Source: an uncultured Gemmatimonadota bacterium
GTDB taxonomy: Bacteria > Gemmatimonadota > Gemmatimonadetes > Gemmatimonadales > Gemmatimonadaceae
Direction of reading: 5' to 3'
DNA: 64,000 nt
Assembly (NCBI GenBank): GCA_947085385.1
Contig: CAMTWA010000020.1
Span: forward strand, 29,853 to 93,852
This document shows, piece by piece, positions 46,619-55,382 of this stretch. How positions within the stretch are numbered: position 1 is the stretch's first letter; each line of letters starts with the position of its first letter. The notes under the pieces are model-generated. The model was not told the origin of the DNA. It saw nothing but the letters and a program-made list of their open reading frames with translations, and made no database searches. Position numbers and translations under genes: made by a program.

Positions 46619-47503
46619 TTGGAACTGGACATTGGAGTACTACGGGCAACCGAAGACGTCGTTGACGCGCTTGCTCGTCTCGACGAGCAGGTAGCGGGGG
46701 CAACGCCCGGACTCGTGACGCTCCTCAAGCTACGCAGCGCTCAAGCTATCGTGGCCGCCAACGATCGGCCACTCGACACGACACTCGATGGCGATGCGGC
46801 ATTCGCCGCCCTGCTCGGCTGGTGGTACGCGCCCGAGGCCCGTGAGTTCATTGCCGACGACCCTCACCTGCGCAGTACCGCCGTCGCGCTGGATGCCGCG
46901 GCTGCGATGGTCCGGGCCGGCCGCACGATGACGATGGGGCTGCTCGAGGAGGCCATGCGCGCCGGCAACGCCCCCCTGTCAGAGATGCCGGCGGATTTTG
47001 ACACGACCCTGCGTGAAGCCGAAGGCGCGGCATGGTCGGCATTGCTGGCTGCCGCAGCACTCTCATCGGGCGCCTGCGGCCGGACGCGCAGCGTTGCCGC
47101 CTCGATCGCCCGGGCGACCGCGCCACTGGCGGGAGGATTCACGACTGACGTGTTCGTTGTTGCCGGGTACGCCGAGGACGTGGCGGGCGCTTTGCACACC
47201 GCAGCGCGCGAGGCGCGCACCATGCAGCGGCGCGTAGCCGGGTATCGTGACGCGTACACGCAGGCGGTGACGCGATGCCAGGCGTTCGGCCGCGGGGCGC
47301 CATCGGCAAGCGCGCTGGTGGACCTGCTGGCGGGCCGTCCCGCGATCACCGTGGCGGCGGCGGCGTTGGCGCTCGACCTCTCGGCGCCCACCGCTGGTGC
47401 CGCGGTAGAGCGCCTGATGCAAGCGGAGTTGCTGCGCGAGATCACCGGTCGCGGACGCGACCGGGTCTTCGTCTACACGCCGGCGGTAGCGCTGGCCGGC
47501 TGA
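46619..47503 (+). CDS. Hypothetical protein with C-terminal winged-helix-like segment
   Basis: GC3-rich from about 46619 (TTG preceded by ggagag). The first ~25 codons of ORF 46544.. are AT-rich and probably non-coding. C-terminus LLREITGRGRDRVFVY resembles wHTH tails. Confidence 0.5.
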   Translation: MELDIGVLRATEDVVDALARLDEQVAGATPGLVTLLKLRSAQAIVAANDRPLDTTLDGDAAFAALLGWWYAPEAREFIADDPHLRSTAVALDAAAAMVRAGRTMTMGLLEEAMRAGNAPLSEMPADFDTTLREAEGAAWSALLAAAALSSGACGRTRSVAASIARATAPLAGGFTTDVFVVAGYAEDVAGALHTAAREARTMQRRVAGYRDAYTQAVTRCQAFGRGAPSASALVDLLAGRPAITVAAAALALDLSAPTAGAAVERLMQAELLREITGRGRDRVFVYTPAVALAG

Positions 47504-48039
47504 GCGAGCGCGGCGCGTTCGAGCAGCGCGACGACCTCCTCGAGGATCGTGCGGCCCTTGTCCATCGCGTACCAGCGGCGGATTCCCTTGTTGCGCTCGG
47601 GCTTCTCGAGTTGTTTCCACTCGGTGGCCACACGGTCCTGAAGCGCCTTGGGACGCGGCCCCCACCAGCCACGCTCCTCGAAATCGGCGTCGAGCACGAT
47701 GACGACCGGGATGGAGCGGGCGGTGCCGTTGGTCAGGTGCGTGTCCATCAGATCGGGGTGCGCGTCGCGGCTGACGATACGAAGCTCGATGTTCGACGCG
47801 GCGTCGGCGAGTGCGCTCACAACAGGCACGGCGCTCTGGGAGTCGATGCACCAGTCTTCGGAGATGACGAGCAGGCGCCACGAGCTGCCCAGCGCCTCGG
47901 TGCGCGCCAGGAGGTCGGCGGGGACGACGGCGCGCTCGCGCTGCGCCTGGAACAGTGAGCCGTACTCGGAAGAGGCGGCCGTCATGTCCGCGAAGGACGC
48001 GGCGCCCGTGAAGTGATCGCGTGAGGTTGTCATATGCAA
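47473..48039 (-). CDS. Thioredoxin-like family protein (no classical CxxC)
   Basis: Sequence WRLLVISEDWCIDS...IPVVIVLD fits a thioredoxin-like fold family. High GC3. Confidence 0.6.
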   Translation of the reverse strand: MHMTTSRDHFTGAASFADMTAASSEYGSLFQAQRERAVVPADLLARTEALGSSWRLLVISEDWCIDSQSAVPVVSALADAASNIELRIVSRDAHPDLMDTHLTNGTARSIPVVIVLDADFEERGWWGPRPKALQDRVATEWKQLEKPERNKGIRRWYAMDKGRTILEEVVALLERAALAQPASATAGV

Positions 48040-48149
48040 CTAATACTATATCGGCATATAGTTGAATACAAGGGGTGGCCAGGAAGACCCGAGGGGGGGG
48101 TGCTCCGCGCCTCGTGACGCCCGCCGCCGACATTCGTTAGTCAATTGGC

Positions 48150-48809
48150 ATGCGTCCGTCGCTCCTCCTTTCCTCGCTGGCCTTCCTGACCGCCGCGTGC
48201 GTCCCGGCCATTCGGCCGCTCGGGCCCATCGCGCCGGTGCATGCCCCCGCGCTCGAGTTGCCCGAACCGCCGTCGGAGTCACCACCGCCTGAAGCGCCGA
48301 TAGCGGTCACGGACGAGGAGTACCTGCACGCGCGCTCGCTCATGGTGCCCGTGGAGGGGATCGGGCCGGAAAAGGTCCCCGACACGTACTGGCAGGACCG
48401 GGATGGCGGCGCACGTTCGCACCAGGCGGTGGACATCCTCGCCAAGCGCGGCGCGCCGGTCCTCTCGGTGGACAGTGGCACGGTGCTCCGCCTCGCCAAG
48501 AGCACGCTCGGTGGAATCACGATCTACGCCACCGATCCAGGGCGGCGGTTCGTGTTCTACTATGCGCACCTTGACCGCTATGCCGAAGGGCTCTATGAGG
48601 GGAAGCCTGTCGCGCAGGGCGAAGTGATCGGCTACGTTGGCACCACGGGGAACGCGCCGAAGAACACGCCGCACCTGCACTTTCAGGTGATGCGGTTCGT
48701 TGACGCCCGGCAATGGTGGAATGGTCCGCCGGTGGACCCGCGCCCCTTTCTGGCGCGGCTGGGTGCGCGTGCGGGGGCGGCGCGCGCCGCCGCGCCGCCG
48801 AACAAGTAG
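48150..48809 (+). CDS. M23 family metallopeptidase lipoprotein
   Basis: Lipobox LAFLTAAC. HQAVDI ... GTTGNAPKNTPHLHFQV (HxxxD and HxH motifs). Confidence 0.85.
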   Translation: MRPSLLLSSLAFLTAACVPAIRPLGPIAPVHAPALELPEPPSESPPPEAPIAVTDEEYLHARSLMVPVEGIGPEKVPDTYWQDRDGGARSHQAVDILAKRGAPVLSVDSGTVLRLAKSTLGGITIYATDPGRRFVFYYAHLDRYAEGLYEGKPVAQGEVIGYVGTTGNAPKNTPHLHFQVMRFVDARQWWNGPPVDPRPFLARLGARAGAARAAAPPNK

Positions 48810-48822
48810 TCGAGGAGCAGCC

Positions 48823-49134
48823 ATGACGATACCAGGGAAGATACGCACCGCCCTGCGCGCCGAATGCAATCAGCTGCCGGCCACCGTGCACGTCGGCAAG
48901 GAAGGCCTCACACCGTCGCTCATGCAGTCGCTGGATGACGCACTTCGCACGCACGAACTGGTGAAAGTGGCGCTCAATCGAACCGTGGGCGTGAACGCCA
49001 AGACCGCGGCCGCGGAGCTTGCCGAGGCCGTCGGAGCCGAGGTCATCCAGACGATCGGAAAGACCGCCTCGCTCTACCGGCAGAATCCGGAAATCGAAGG
49101 CAAGAAGGGCGATCCGCCGCCATGGCGACGGTAG
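48823..49134 (+). CDS. yhbY: YhbY-like CRM-domain RNA-binding protein
   Basis: LRAECNQLPATVHVGKEGLTPSLMQSLDDALRTHELVKV matches the YhbY/CRM family. ORF trimmed to MTIPGK. Confidence 0.8.
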   Translation: MTIPGKIRTALRAECNQLPATVHVGKEGLTPSLMQSLDDALRTHELVKVALNRTVGVNAKTAAAELAEAVGAEVIQTIGKTASLYRQNPEIEGKKGDPPPWRR

Positions 49135-49140
49135 GAAGCA

Positions 49141-49261
49141 GAGAAACAACAGAAAGACAACAGAGAGACAACAGAGAAGAAACAGAACGGGCCTCGCGAT
49201 GCCAGCGAGACCCTGCCTGTTGTCTATCTGTTGTTTCTCTGTTGTTTCTCTGTTGTCTCTC
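49141..49261. repeat. Inverted pair of 11-nt arrays (4 + 4 units) around a terminator-like hairpin between convergent genes
   Basis: Left units at 49141-49184 (gagaaacaaca gaaagacaaca gagagacaaca gagaagaaaca). Hairpin 49189-49213. Right units at 49218-49261 (tgttgtctatc tgttgtttctc x2 tgttgtctctc). Confidence 0.85.
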
Positions 49262-50861
49262 TCTGAAACACCAGATCCCACACCCGCCCCGACCCAAGAT
49301 GCATGGCGATGGCCTTGCCCTTCTTATCGCGGGAGAACCAGACGGTGCCGTAGCTGCCCGCCTCGAACGCGTCGGTGTACGCCGGTACCAGCGTGAACTG
49401 CGTGCCCGGGCGAAGCTGCATGACAAGCGCGCCCTTCTCGACCCGGGCCGTCCAGGTGGCACCGATCTCCGGCTGATACCACGTGCCGGACAGCGCCTGC
49501 AGTTGCGCCTCGGTCGGCTGCCAACGCGCGGGGCCCTCGAACATCCACGTAAGCGTGTCGCCGTCCGGTGAGAAGATACGAGCGCCCGTTGGAACGCCAG
49601 TTGCCGCGATGGCGATGCGGAGCCGCGAGGCGGCGCCCATCAGAAAGTCACCGTCACGCAGCGCGCGCAGTGGCGCCCCGCCGCGCACGCGCAATTGGCC
49701 GCGCTCGATGAAGAACTCCGACACGTCGCGCGTGCGATCGTCGCGATAGATGCCTGCGTAGCGTGCTATGCGGCTGGAGTCGGCGGTTGTCGTGTCGAAG
49801 GCCGGCAGCGGCGCGAGGTTCGGGATGAGAGCGTCGGCAATCTGGCGGACATACGCCGTAGCGCCGGCGCCGGCGACGTTGCACATGACGGCGACTGACA
49901 GGCCGGCGTCTGGATACCTGGCCAGGAAGGTGCTGTAACCGGCGGTGCTGCCACTGTGCTGCCATTCGCGTGTTCCGCGATAGATCCCGTTGATGAGCCC
50001 CATCGCGTATGGGATCTTGCGGCCACTGGTGAGCGTGGCCTGGCTGAGCAGCGAGTCGCTGACGGCGCCGAAAGTGCGCTTGCTGAGGGCGTCGTTCCAC
50101 GTAAGCCAGTCGCCCACCGTGGTGAGCAAGCCGCCGGGGCCGTGCACATTCTCAAACGGCATGTTGATCCGCCAGCCGGCTGTGGCGCGCGAATACGCCT
50201 GCGCGCGCCTCGACACGATCTCCGTGAAGTCGTCGCGCCAGCGCGTGTGGGCCATGCCCGCCGGGCGGAAGATGCGCTCGTTGCTGAACTGCGCGAACGG
50301 CATGCCGCTCACGCGCTCGACGATCGTCGGCAGCAGCGCGAAGCCCGAGTTGGTATAGGAGTAGAAATCACCCACCGGGTAGTTGAGCGATTTTTGCCGG
50401 ACGATGATGTCCAACAGATCTGCCTGCGTCGTCACCCGCGTGCCGCGCGGGTAGCCCTGATCGGCTACGAGGTTGCTCCACTCGCGCAGTCCGCTCGTGT
50501 GCGACAGGAGGTGGCGGATGGTGATGGTGCGCCCGTACTGCGGCAGTTCGGGGACGTACTTTCGCACGTCGTCATCAAGCCGGAGTTTGCCCTCGCCGAC
50601 CAGCAGCAGGATAGCGGCCGCGGTGAATTGCTTGGCCACCGACCCGCTCTCGAGAATGGTTTGCGGGGTGATGGGCGTCCCGTTCTCGAGGTCGGCCATG
50701 CCGTAGCCGCGCGTGAAGATGGGCACGCCGTTGCGTGACACGCCGACCGCGCATCCCGGGGTGTGCGTGCTGTTCCACTGGGCGAAGACCTTGTCGGCCA
50801 CCGCGCTGACGTCCTGCGCGCCGAGGGCGGCGGGAAGAGCAAGCAGAAGAAGTCGCTTCAT
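49224..50861 (-). CDS. Serine hydrolase of the beta-lactamase/transpeptidase-like family
   Basis: Signal peptide MKRLLLLALPAALGAQ. SxxK motif SGSVAKQF. The last 12 codons and the stop lie inside the 11-mer array. Confidence 0.8.
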   Translation of the reverse strand: MKRLLLLALPAALGAQDVSAVADKVFAQWNSTHTPGCAVGVSRNGVPIFTRGYGMADLENGTPITPQTILESGSVAKQFTAAAILLLVGEGKLRLDDDVRKYVPELPQYGRTITIRHLLSHTSGLREWSNLVADQGYPRGTRVTTQADLLDIIVRQKSLNYPVGDFYSYTNSGFALLPTIVERVSGMPFAQFSNERIFRPAGMAHTRWRDDFTEIVSRRAQAYSRATAGWRINMPFENVHGPGGLLTTVGDWLTWNDALSKRTFGAVSDSLLSQATLTSGRKIPYAMGLINGIYRGTREWQHSGSTAGYSTFLARYPDAGLSVAVMCNVAGAGATAYVRQIADALIPNLAPLPAFDTTTADSSRIARYAGIYRDDRTRDVSEFFIERGQLRVRGGAPLRALRDGDFLMGAASRLRIAIAATGVPTGARIFSPDGDTLTWMFEGPARWQPTEAQLQALSGTWYQPEIGATWTARVEKGALVMQLRPGTQFTLVPAYTDAFEAGSYGTVWFSRDKKGKAIAMHLGSGRVWDLVFQRETTEKQQRNNR

Positions 50862-50948
50862 GGCTGGGAGTGCTGGAGTGAGAGGCTGAGTGCCGGACGA
50901 TACGCGGAGGCGCTGCTGCGCCGAGAAGCATGGCACGCGAAGCGCTGT

Positions 50949-51314
50949 CTACAGACGTGCTGGATCGACTACGGTGCGCTCGCCGCCCGCGTTGCCGGTA
51001 TTGACGGTGCCGGCGGGCTCGAAGAGGAGGACCGACACTTCCTCCGCCGCGACAGGACGGTGCTCCACGCCGCGCGGCACGATGAGGAACTCCCCCTCGT
51101 GGAGTTGAACGGGGCCGTCGCGGAACTGCATCTCGAACGAACCGTTCACGACGAGGAACAGCTCGTCTTCAAGCTCGTGATGGTGCCAGATGAACTCGCC
51201 CTGGAACTTGGCAAGCTTCACCTGTTGGCCGTTGAGCTCACCGACGATGCGCGGGCTCCAGTGCTCGTTCAGCAGCGCGAGCTTCTCGGCGAGGACGACC
51301 TTCGTCGGGATCAT
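50949..51314 (-). CDS. Cupin domain protein
   Basis: GEFIWHHHELEDELFLVVNG...LIVPRGVEHRP cupin motifs. Confidence 0.75.
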   Translation of the reverse strand: MIPTKVVLAEKLALLNEHWSPRIVGELNGQQVKLAKFQGEFIWHHHELEDELFLVVNGSFEMQFRDGPVQLHEGEFLIVPRGVEHRPVAAEEVSVLLFEPAGTVNTGNAGGERTVVDPARL

Positions 51315-51356
51315 GGACGCGGAGGCAACGGTGCGGCGCGACGCCGCGCCTGGTGG

Positions 51357-53636
51357 TCAGCCAGCAAGGGCGCCAAGCACGCGCCACGGGGTGAGCGGCA
51401 GCGTGCAAACCTCGACGCCCAGCGCGTCGGCCACGGCAGCGGCAATGGCCGGCGCCGTGGGAATGATGGGCGGCTCGGCGATGCCGCGCGCGCCGATGTG
51501 ATTCGCGGCCGGATCGGCGCCGTCGAGGAACGACGCGTCAATGGCGGGGACGTCGGCCATCGTCGGGATCTTGTAGTCGTGCAGGTTGGCGTTGAGCGTC
51601 ACGCCCCGGGCGCGATCCATGTGCCGCTCCTCAAACAGCGCGTATCCGATGCCCTGGATGATGCCGCCGTGCAGCTGGCTCTCGGCGAGCGCGGGGTTGA
51701 TAATGCGCCCCGCGTCGTGCACGGCAACGATGCGCAGCACGCGCACCACGCCCGTTTCAGCATCCACTTCAACCTCGGCGAACTGCGCGCCGACGGTGAC
51801 CACAGCGAGTTCCGGGTTGGGCCCTCTGGAGCCGCGGCCGAAAATCTGGATGTTGCCGAGCGTGCGGCAGAGATCGGTGAATGTGATGGCGGCGCCGTCG
51901 GTCGAGGAGACGACGTGCGAATCGCGCGTGGCGAGCGACTCTACCGGAACGTCGAGCATCTGGGCGGCGGCCTCGAGCAGCTGCGCCTTGGCATCTTCCG
52001 CCGCCATGCGCACGGCGGGGCCCACGCTGGGCGTGGTCATCGAGCCCCACGAATTGCCGGTGTAGGGCAGGCGTTCGGTGTCGCCGATGACGGCGCGCAC
52101 GGTCTCAAGGCGCGCGCCAAGCGCCTCGGCGGCGATCTGCGCGAAGATGGTGCGCGCGCCGGTGCCGAGGTCCTGCGTACCCGTGAGCACGTCCACCGAG
52201 CCGTCGCTGTTGATGCGGACATCGGCATAGGACGGCGGTCCGCCGCCGGTGGGCCAGGTCTGCGCCGCGACACCAATGCCGCGTTTCGCGCGGCTGACGG
52301 CGGACGGCGGACGGCGGACGGCAGATGACCAGCCGAAGCGCTTCATTCCTTCGGCGTAGCACTCGTTGAGACGGTTGCCGCTGAACTCGCGGTTGGCGCG
52401 TTCGTCGCGCGTGGCGAGATTCTTGAGGCGCAGCGCCACGGGGTCCATTTGCAGGGCGCGGGCGAGCGCGTTCATCGCGCTCTCGAGCGCAAAGGCCCCT
52501 TCCACGTAGCCGGGGCCGCGGAAGGCCTGCATGCCGCTGGCATTGATGTACACGCACGTTTCGGTGGTGCGCACGTTGGGGCACGCGTACATCTCGTGAA
52601 AGATCTGCGCCGGGCCGCCCTCCCAGCCGCTGATGCCGAGCGGAATCAGGGCGTCGAGCACGAGCGCGGTGAGGGTGCCGTCGCGCCGCGCGGCGATGGT
52701 CACCTTCTGCACGGTGGCCGGACGGTTGCCACTGTCGGTTTGTTCGGCGCGGCGGTCATTGACGCAGCGCACCGGTGCGCCAAGGGCGCGGGCGAACAGC
52801 GCGGCGGTATACGTGTGCGCGCCGGCGCTGTTCTTGGCGCCGAAGCCGCCGCCCATGTAGTCCTTGATCACCCGCACCTTTGCCTGCGGCATGCCGAGCG
52901 CCTTAGCGACATCGCTGCGAACGCGGAAGATCCCCTGCGTTGATTCCCAGACGGTGAGGTGGTCGCCGTTCCATTCACAGACGGCGCCGTGCGGTTCGAG
53001 CGCGGAGTGCAGGGCCACCTGGGTGCGATACTCGCGCGTGATCGTCACCTCAGCCTCTGCAAGGCCGCGCGCGACATCGCCGCGCTCCACGACTTCTGGT
53101 GCGGTGGTGTTGCCGGCGCTCCGCACGCGCGGCGCGTCTGGCGCGATGGCATCATCCACGGTGACCGCGTGTGGCGCGCCATCGATGACGAGGGAGGAGG
53201 CGATCGCGCGCGCGGCGCGCGTGGCGGCGTCCAGTGATTCTGCGCACACCGCGGCGAGCGGCTGGCCCGCGTACGACACCTCGCGGCGGAAGAGCCGCGT
53301 GGCGGCCGGTGCGTCGCCAGGGCCCATCACGGCGCGCACGCCGGGCATGGCGCGCGCCGAATCGAGATCAATGGCGGTGAGCGTGCCCTTCGCGAGCGGC
53401 GCGCGCACGACGATGGCATGGAGCATGCCGGGGCGGACAATGTCGGCGGTGTATCGCGCGCGTCCGGTGACCTTTTCGAACGCGTCCACGCGCGGTGGGC
53501 TGGTGCCGACGATCGAGAGCGACGTGTCAGCGGTCCAGGGCGCCGGTTCGAAGGCCGGCACCTCGACGACGCGGGTCTCCGTGCGCCCCTCGACTTCGAC
53601 CGTTGTCTGGACGAACCGCGTCTGCTTGCGACTCAC
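51357..53636 (-). CDS. Xanthine dehydrogenase family molybdopterin-binding large subunit (aldehyde oxidase/CoxL-like)
   Basis: 759 aa. Ald_Xan_dh N-terminal motif KVTGRARYTADI and molybdopterin-binding domains. ATGA overlap with the small-subunit gene. Confidence 0.85.
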   Translation of the reverse strand: MSRKQTRFVQTTVEVEGRTETRVVEVPAFEPAPWTADTSLSIVGTSPPRVDAFEKVTGRARYTADIVRPGMLHAIVVRAPLAKGTLTAIDLDSARAMPGVRAVMGPGDAPAATRLFRREVSYAGQPLAAVCAESLDAATRAARAIASSLVIDGAPHAVTVDDAIAPDAPRVRSAGNTTAPEVVERGDVARGLAEAEVTITREYRTQVALHSALEPHGAVCEWNGDHLTVWESTQGIFRVRSDVAKALGMPQAKVRVIKDYMGGGFGAKNSAGAHTYTAALFARALGAPVRCVNDRRAEQTDSGNRPATVQKVTIAARRDGTLTALVLDALIPLGISGWEGGPAQIFHEMYACPNVRTTETCVYINASGMQAFRGPGYVEGAFALESAMNALARALQMDPVALRLKNLATRDERANREFSGNRLNECYAEGMKRFGWSSAVRRPPSAVSRAKRGIGVAAQTWPTGGGPPSYADVRINSDGSVDVLTGTQDLGTGARTIFAQIAAEALGARLETVRAVIGDTERLPYTGNSWGSMTTPSVGPAVRMAAEDAKAQLLEAAAQMLDVPVESLATRDSHVVSSTDGAAITFTDLCRTLGNIQIFGRGSRGPNPELAVVTVGAQFAEVEVDAETGVVRVLRIVAVHDAGRIINPALAESQLHGGIIQGIGYALFEERHMDRARGVTLNANLHDYKIPTMADVPAIDASFLDGADPAANHIGARGIAEPPIIPTAPAIAAAVADALGVEVCTLPLTPWRVLGALAG
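52297..52331 (+). repeat. Heptanucleotide tandem repeat inside the large-subunit CDS (GACGGCG x3, GACGGCA, GATGACC on the plus strand)
   Basis: Encodes SSAVRRPPSAVS on the minus strand. Same unit as the arrays at 54569. Confidence 0.8.
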
Positions 53637-54097
53637 GGCGCGTGCTCCCCGGCGTCGGCAACGGCGCGAATGGCGGTGATGATCTTGGGGTACGTGCCGC
53701 AGCGGCAGAGGTTACCGCTCATGGCAGCGCGAATCTCATCGTCCGTCGGCTGCGGATTCTGCTCGAGCAGGGCAGCGGCGGCGAGCAGCTGGCCCGGCGT
53801 ACAGAAGCCGCATTGCGCGGCGTCATGGGTGATGAACGCCTGCTGCAGCGGGTGCAGGACGTTCCCGTCAGCGAGTTCCTCGACCGTCCGGACCTGTACG
53901 TCCTCACAGGCGGCGGTGAGCGTGAGGCAGGCGTAGACGAGGTCGCCGTCCAACCGAACGGTGCACGCGCCGCACTCCCCGTGGTCGCAGCCGGCCTTTG
54001 AACCGGTGAGTTCCAGCTGGTCGCGGAGCGCCGCGAGCAGGGTGGGAGAGCGCGCAGGATCGACGTCGCGAGGGGTACCGTTGATGGTCAGGCGCAT
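53633..54097 (-). CDS. (2Fe-2S)-binding small subunit of the xanthine dehydrogenase family enzyme
   Basis: CDHGECGACTV and CGFCTPG...CRCGTY cysteine motifs. Confidence 0.9.
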   Translation of the reverse strand: MRLTINGTPRDVDPARSPTLLAALRDQLELTGSKAGCDHGECGACTVRLDGDLVYACLTLTAACEDVQVRTVEELADGNVLHPLQQAFITHDAAQCGFCTPGQLLAAAALLEQNPQPTDDEIRAAMSGNLCRCGTYPKIITAIRAVADAGEHAP

Positions 54098-54100
54098 GAG

Positions 54101-54170
54101 TAAAAGAGTACGACAGAGGACGACGGAGTGCGACAGAGGACGACAGAGTGCGACAGGGCGCGGACAGCGT
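54101..54170. repeat. About 20-nt direct repeat (gtgcgacagaggacgacaga, ~2.5 copies) directly upstream of the small-subunit start codon
   Basis: gtacgacagaggacgacgga gtgcgacagaggacgacaga gtgcgacagggcgcggacagcg. Confidence 0.65.
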
Positions 54171-54298
54171 CCGGCCGTACGCCGCTGTACCCAACCGCTG
54201 GGCCCACTGGGCGCCTTGAGGGACGTGCCGGTTGAGCGGCCTCCGTGAGACGTTTATCTTCAGGCTATTGCAAGTCGTTTCCGCCCTCAGGAGCATTC

Positions 54299-54562
54299 AT
54301 GCCGTATATCATCACCGAAGCCTGCATCGGGACCAAGGACAAGGCGTGCGTCGACGTCTGTCCCGTGGACTGCATCTACGAGGGCGAGGACCAGCTGTAC
54401 ATCCATCCCGACGAGTGCATTGATTGCGGGGCGTGCGAGCCGGAGTGTCCGGTGACGGCGATCTTCCCTGAAGAAGACGTGCCGGCGAACATGAAAGCGT
54501 CCATCGCGAAGAACAAGGATGTCTTCTTGGGGCCGAATCCGCCGGGGAAGCCAAGCCGCTAA
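54299..54562 (+). CDS. Ferredoxin (7Fe/FdxA-like, 3Fe-4S plus 4Fe-4S)
   Basis: [27 protein letters not shown]...[12 protein letters not shown]. Confidence 0.9.
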   Translation: MPYIITEACIGTKDKACVDVCPVDCIYEGEDQLYIHPDECIDCGACEPECPVTAIFPEEDVPANMKASIAKNKDVFLGPNPPGKPSR

Positions 54563-54568
54563 CGCGGA

Positions 54569-54716
54569 GACGGCGGAGGGCAGACGGCGGACGGCGGACG
54601 GCAGAGGGCAGAGGGCAGAGGGCAGAACAAGCGCCCGGCGGAATCAAACGCCGGGCGCTCTCTTGTTGTCACGCTGCCGTCCGCCGTCCGCCGTCTGCCC
54701 TCTGCCGTCGCTGCCT
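54569..54716. repeat. Inverted heptamer arrays (8 units GA[CG]GGC[GA] left, 5 units right) flanking a terminator hairpin
   Basis: Left array 54569-54624, right array 54675-54709 (reverse complement units). Lies between the convergent ferredoxin and methyltransferase genes. Confidence 0.85.
54626..54667. terminator. Bidirectional terminator-like hairpin
   Basis: cgcccggcg-gaatcaaa-cgccgggcg 9-bp stem, extended by aacaag/cttgtt. Confidence 0.6.
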
Positions 54717-55328
54717 CTAGAACACCCCATTCGGAAAATACCGATCCTTCGCCACAAACACGGCGAGCAAGGCGGCATACTGCATGAACGTGCTGATCTC
54801 GCTCTTCCACGCCTCGGCCCAGAAGAACTCACCGCCGACGCTGCCTGAGGCGGCCGTGGGAATCCAGCGGGGCGTCCGGCGCTTGAACGCCAGGTACTCC
54901 TCGCCGAAGATGGACTCGAGCACGCCCTCTTCGTAGCGCACGATGTAGTAGTACTCGACGGCGAAAAGCGCGGTCGCCACGGGGAAGAACCACCACACCC
55001 CGCTGAGCGCGACGAACCCCATCCAGAGCAGGTAGTTGCCGTTGTAGAGCGGGTTGCGGCTTAGCGCGAACGGTCCGTGCGTCACGAGCTTCTGCACGTT
55101 GCGCGATCGCCGGCGGGTCACCGTGCCGGCGGTGGCGACGCCCCAAAGCCGCCACGCCTCCCCGACGACGACACAGATGGCGCCGACGATGATGCCGAGG
55201 CGCGTGATGCCGCCCGGCGCGAGCAGCGGGACCGCGAGGAACGGCACGGGAAGCCAGCCCCGATTGCGAAACAGCACGGCGCCGATGCGGGCGGGGCGGG
55301 AGGATTCGGAGGCGGAGATCGCGGTCAA
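54717..55328 (-). CDS. Isoprenylcysteine carboxyl / phospholipid methyltransferase family membrane protein
   Basis: LVTHGPFALSRNPLYNGNYL...EEGVLESIFGEEYLAFKRRTPRWIP typical of the ICMT/PEMT family. Confidence 0.75.
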   Translation of the reverse strand: MTAISASESSRPARIGAVLFRNRGWLPVPFLAVPLLAPGGITRLGIIVGAICVVVGEAWRLWGVATAGTVTRRRSRNVQKLVTHGPFALSRNPLYNGNYLLWMGFVALSGVWWFFPVATALFAVEYYYIVRYEEGVLESIFGEEYLAFKRRTPRWIPTAASGSVGGEFFWAEAWKSEISTFMQYAALLAVFVAKDRYFPNGVF

Positions 55329-55382
55329 GGCACGAGACAGGTGACGGGTGACAAGTAGCGAGAGTAAAGCTAACCGTCCGCC

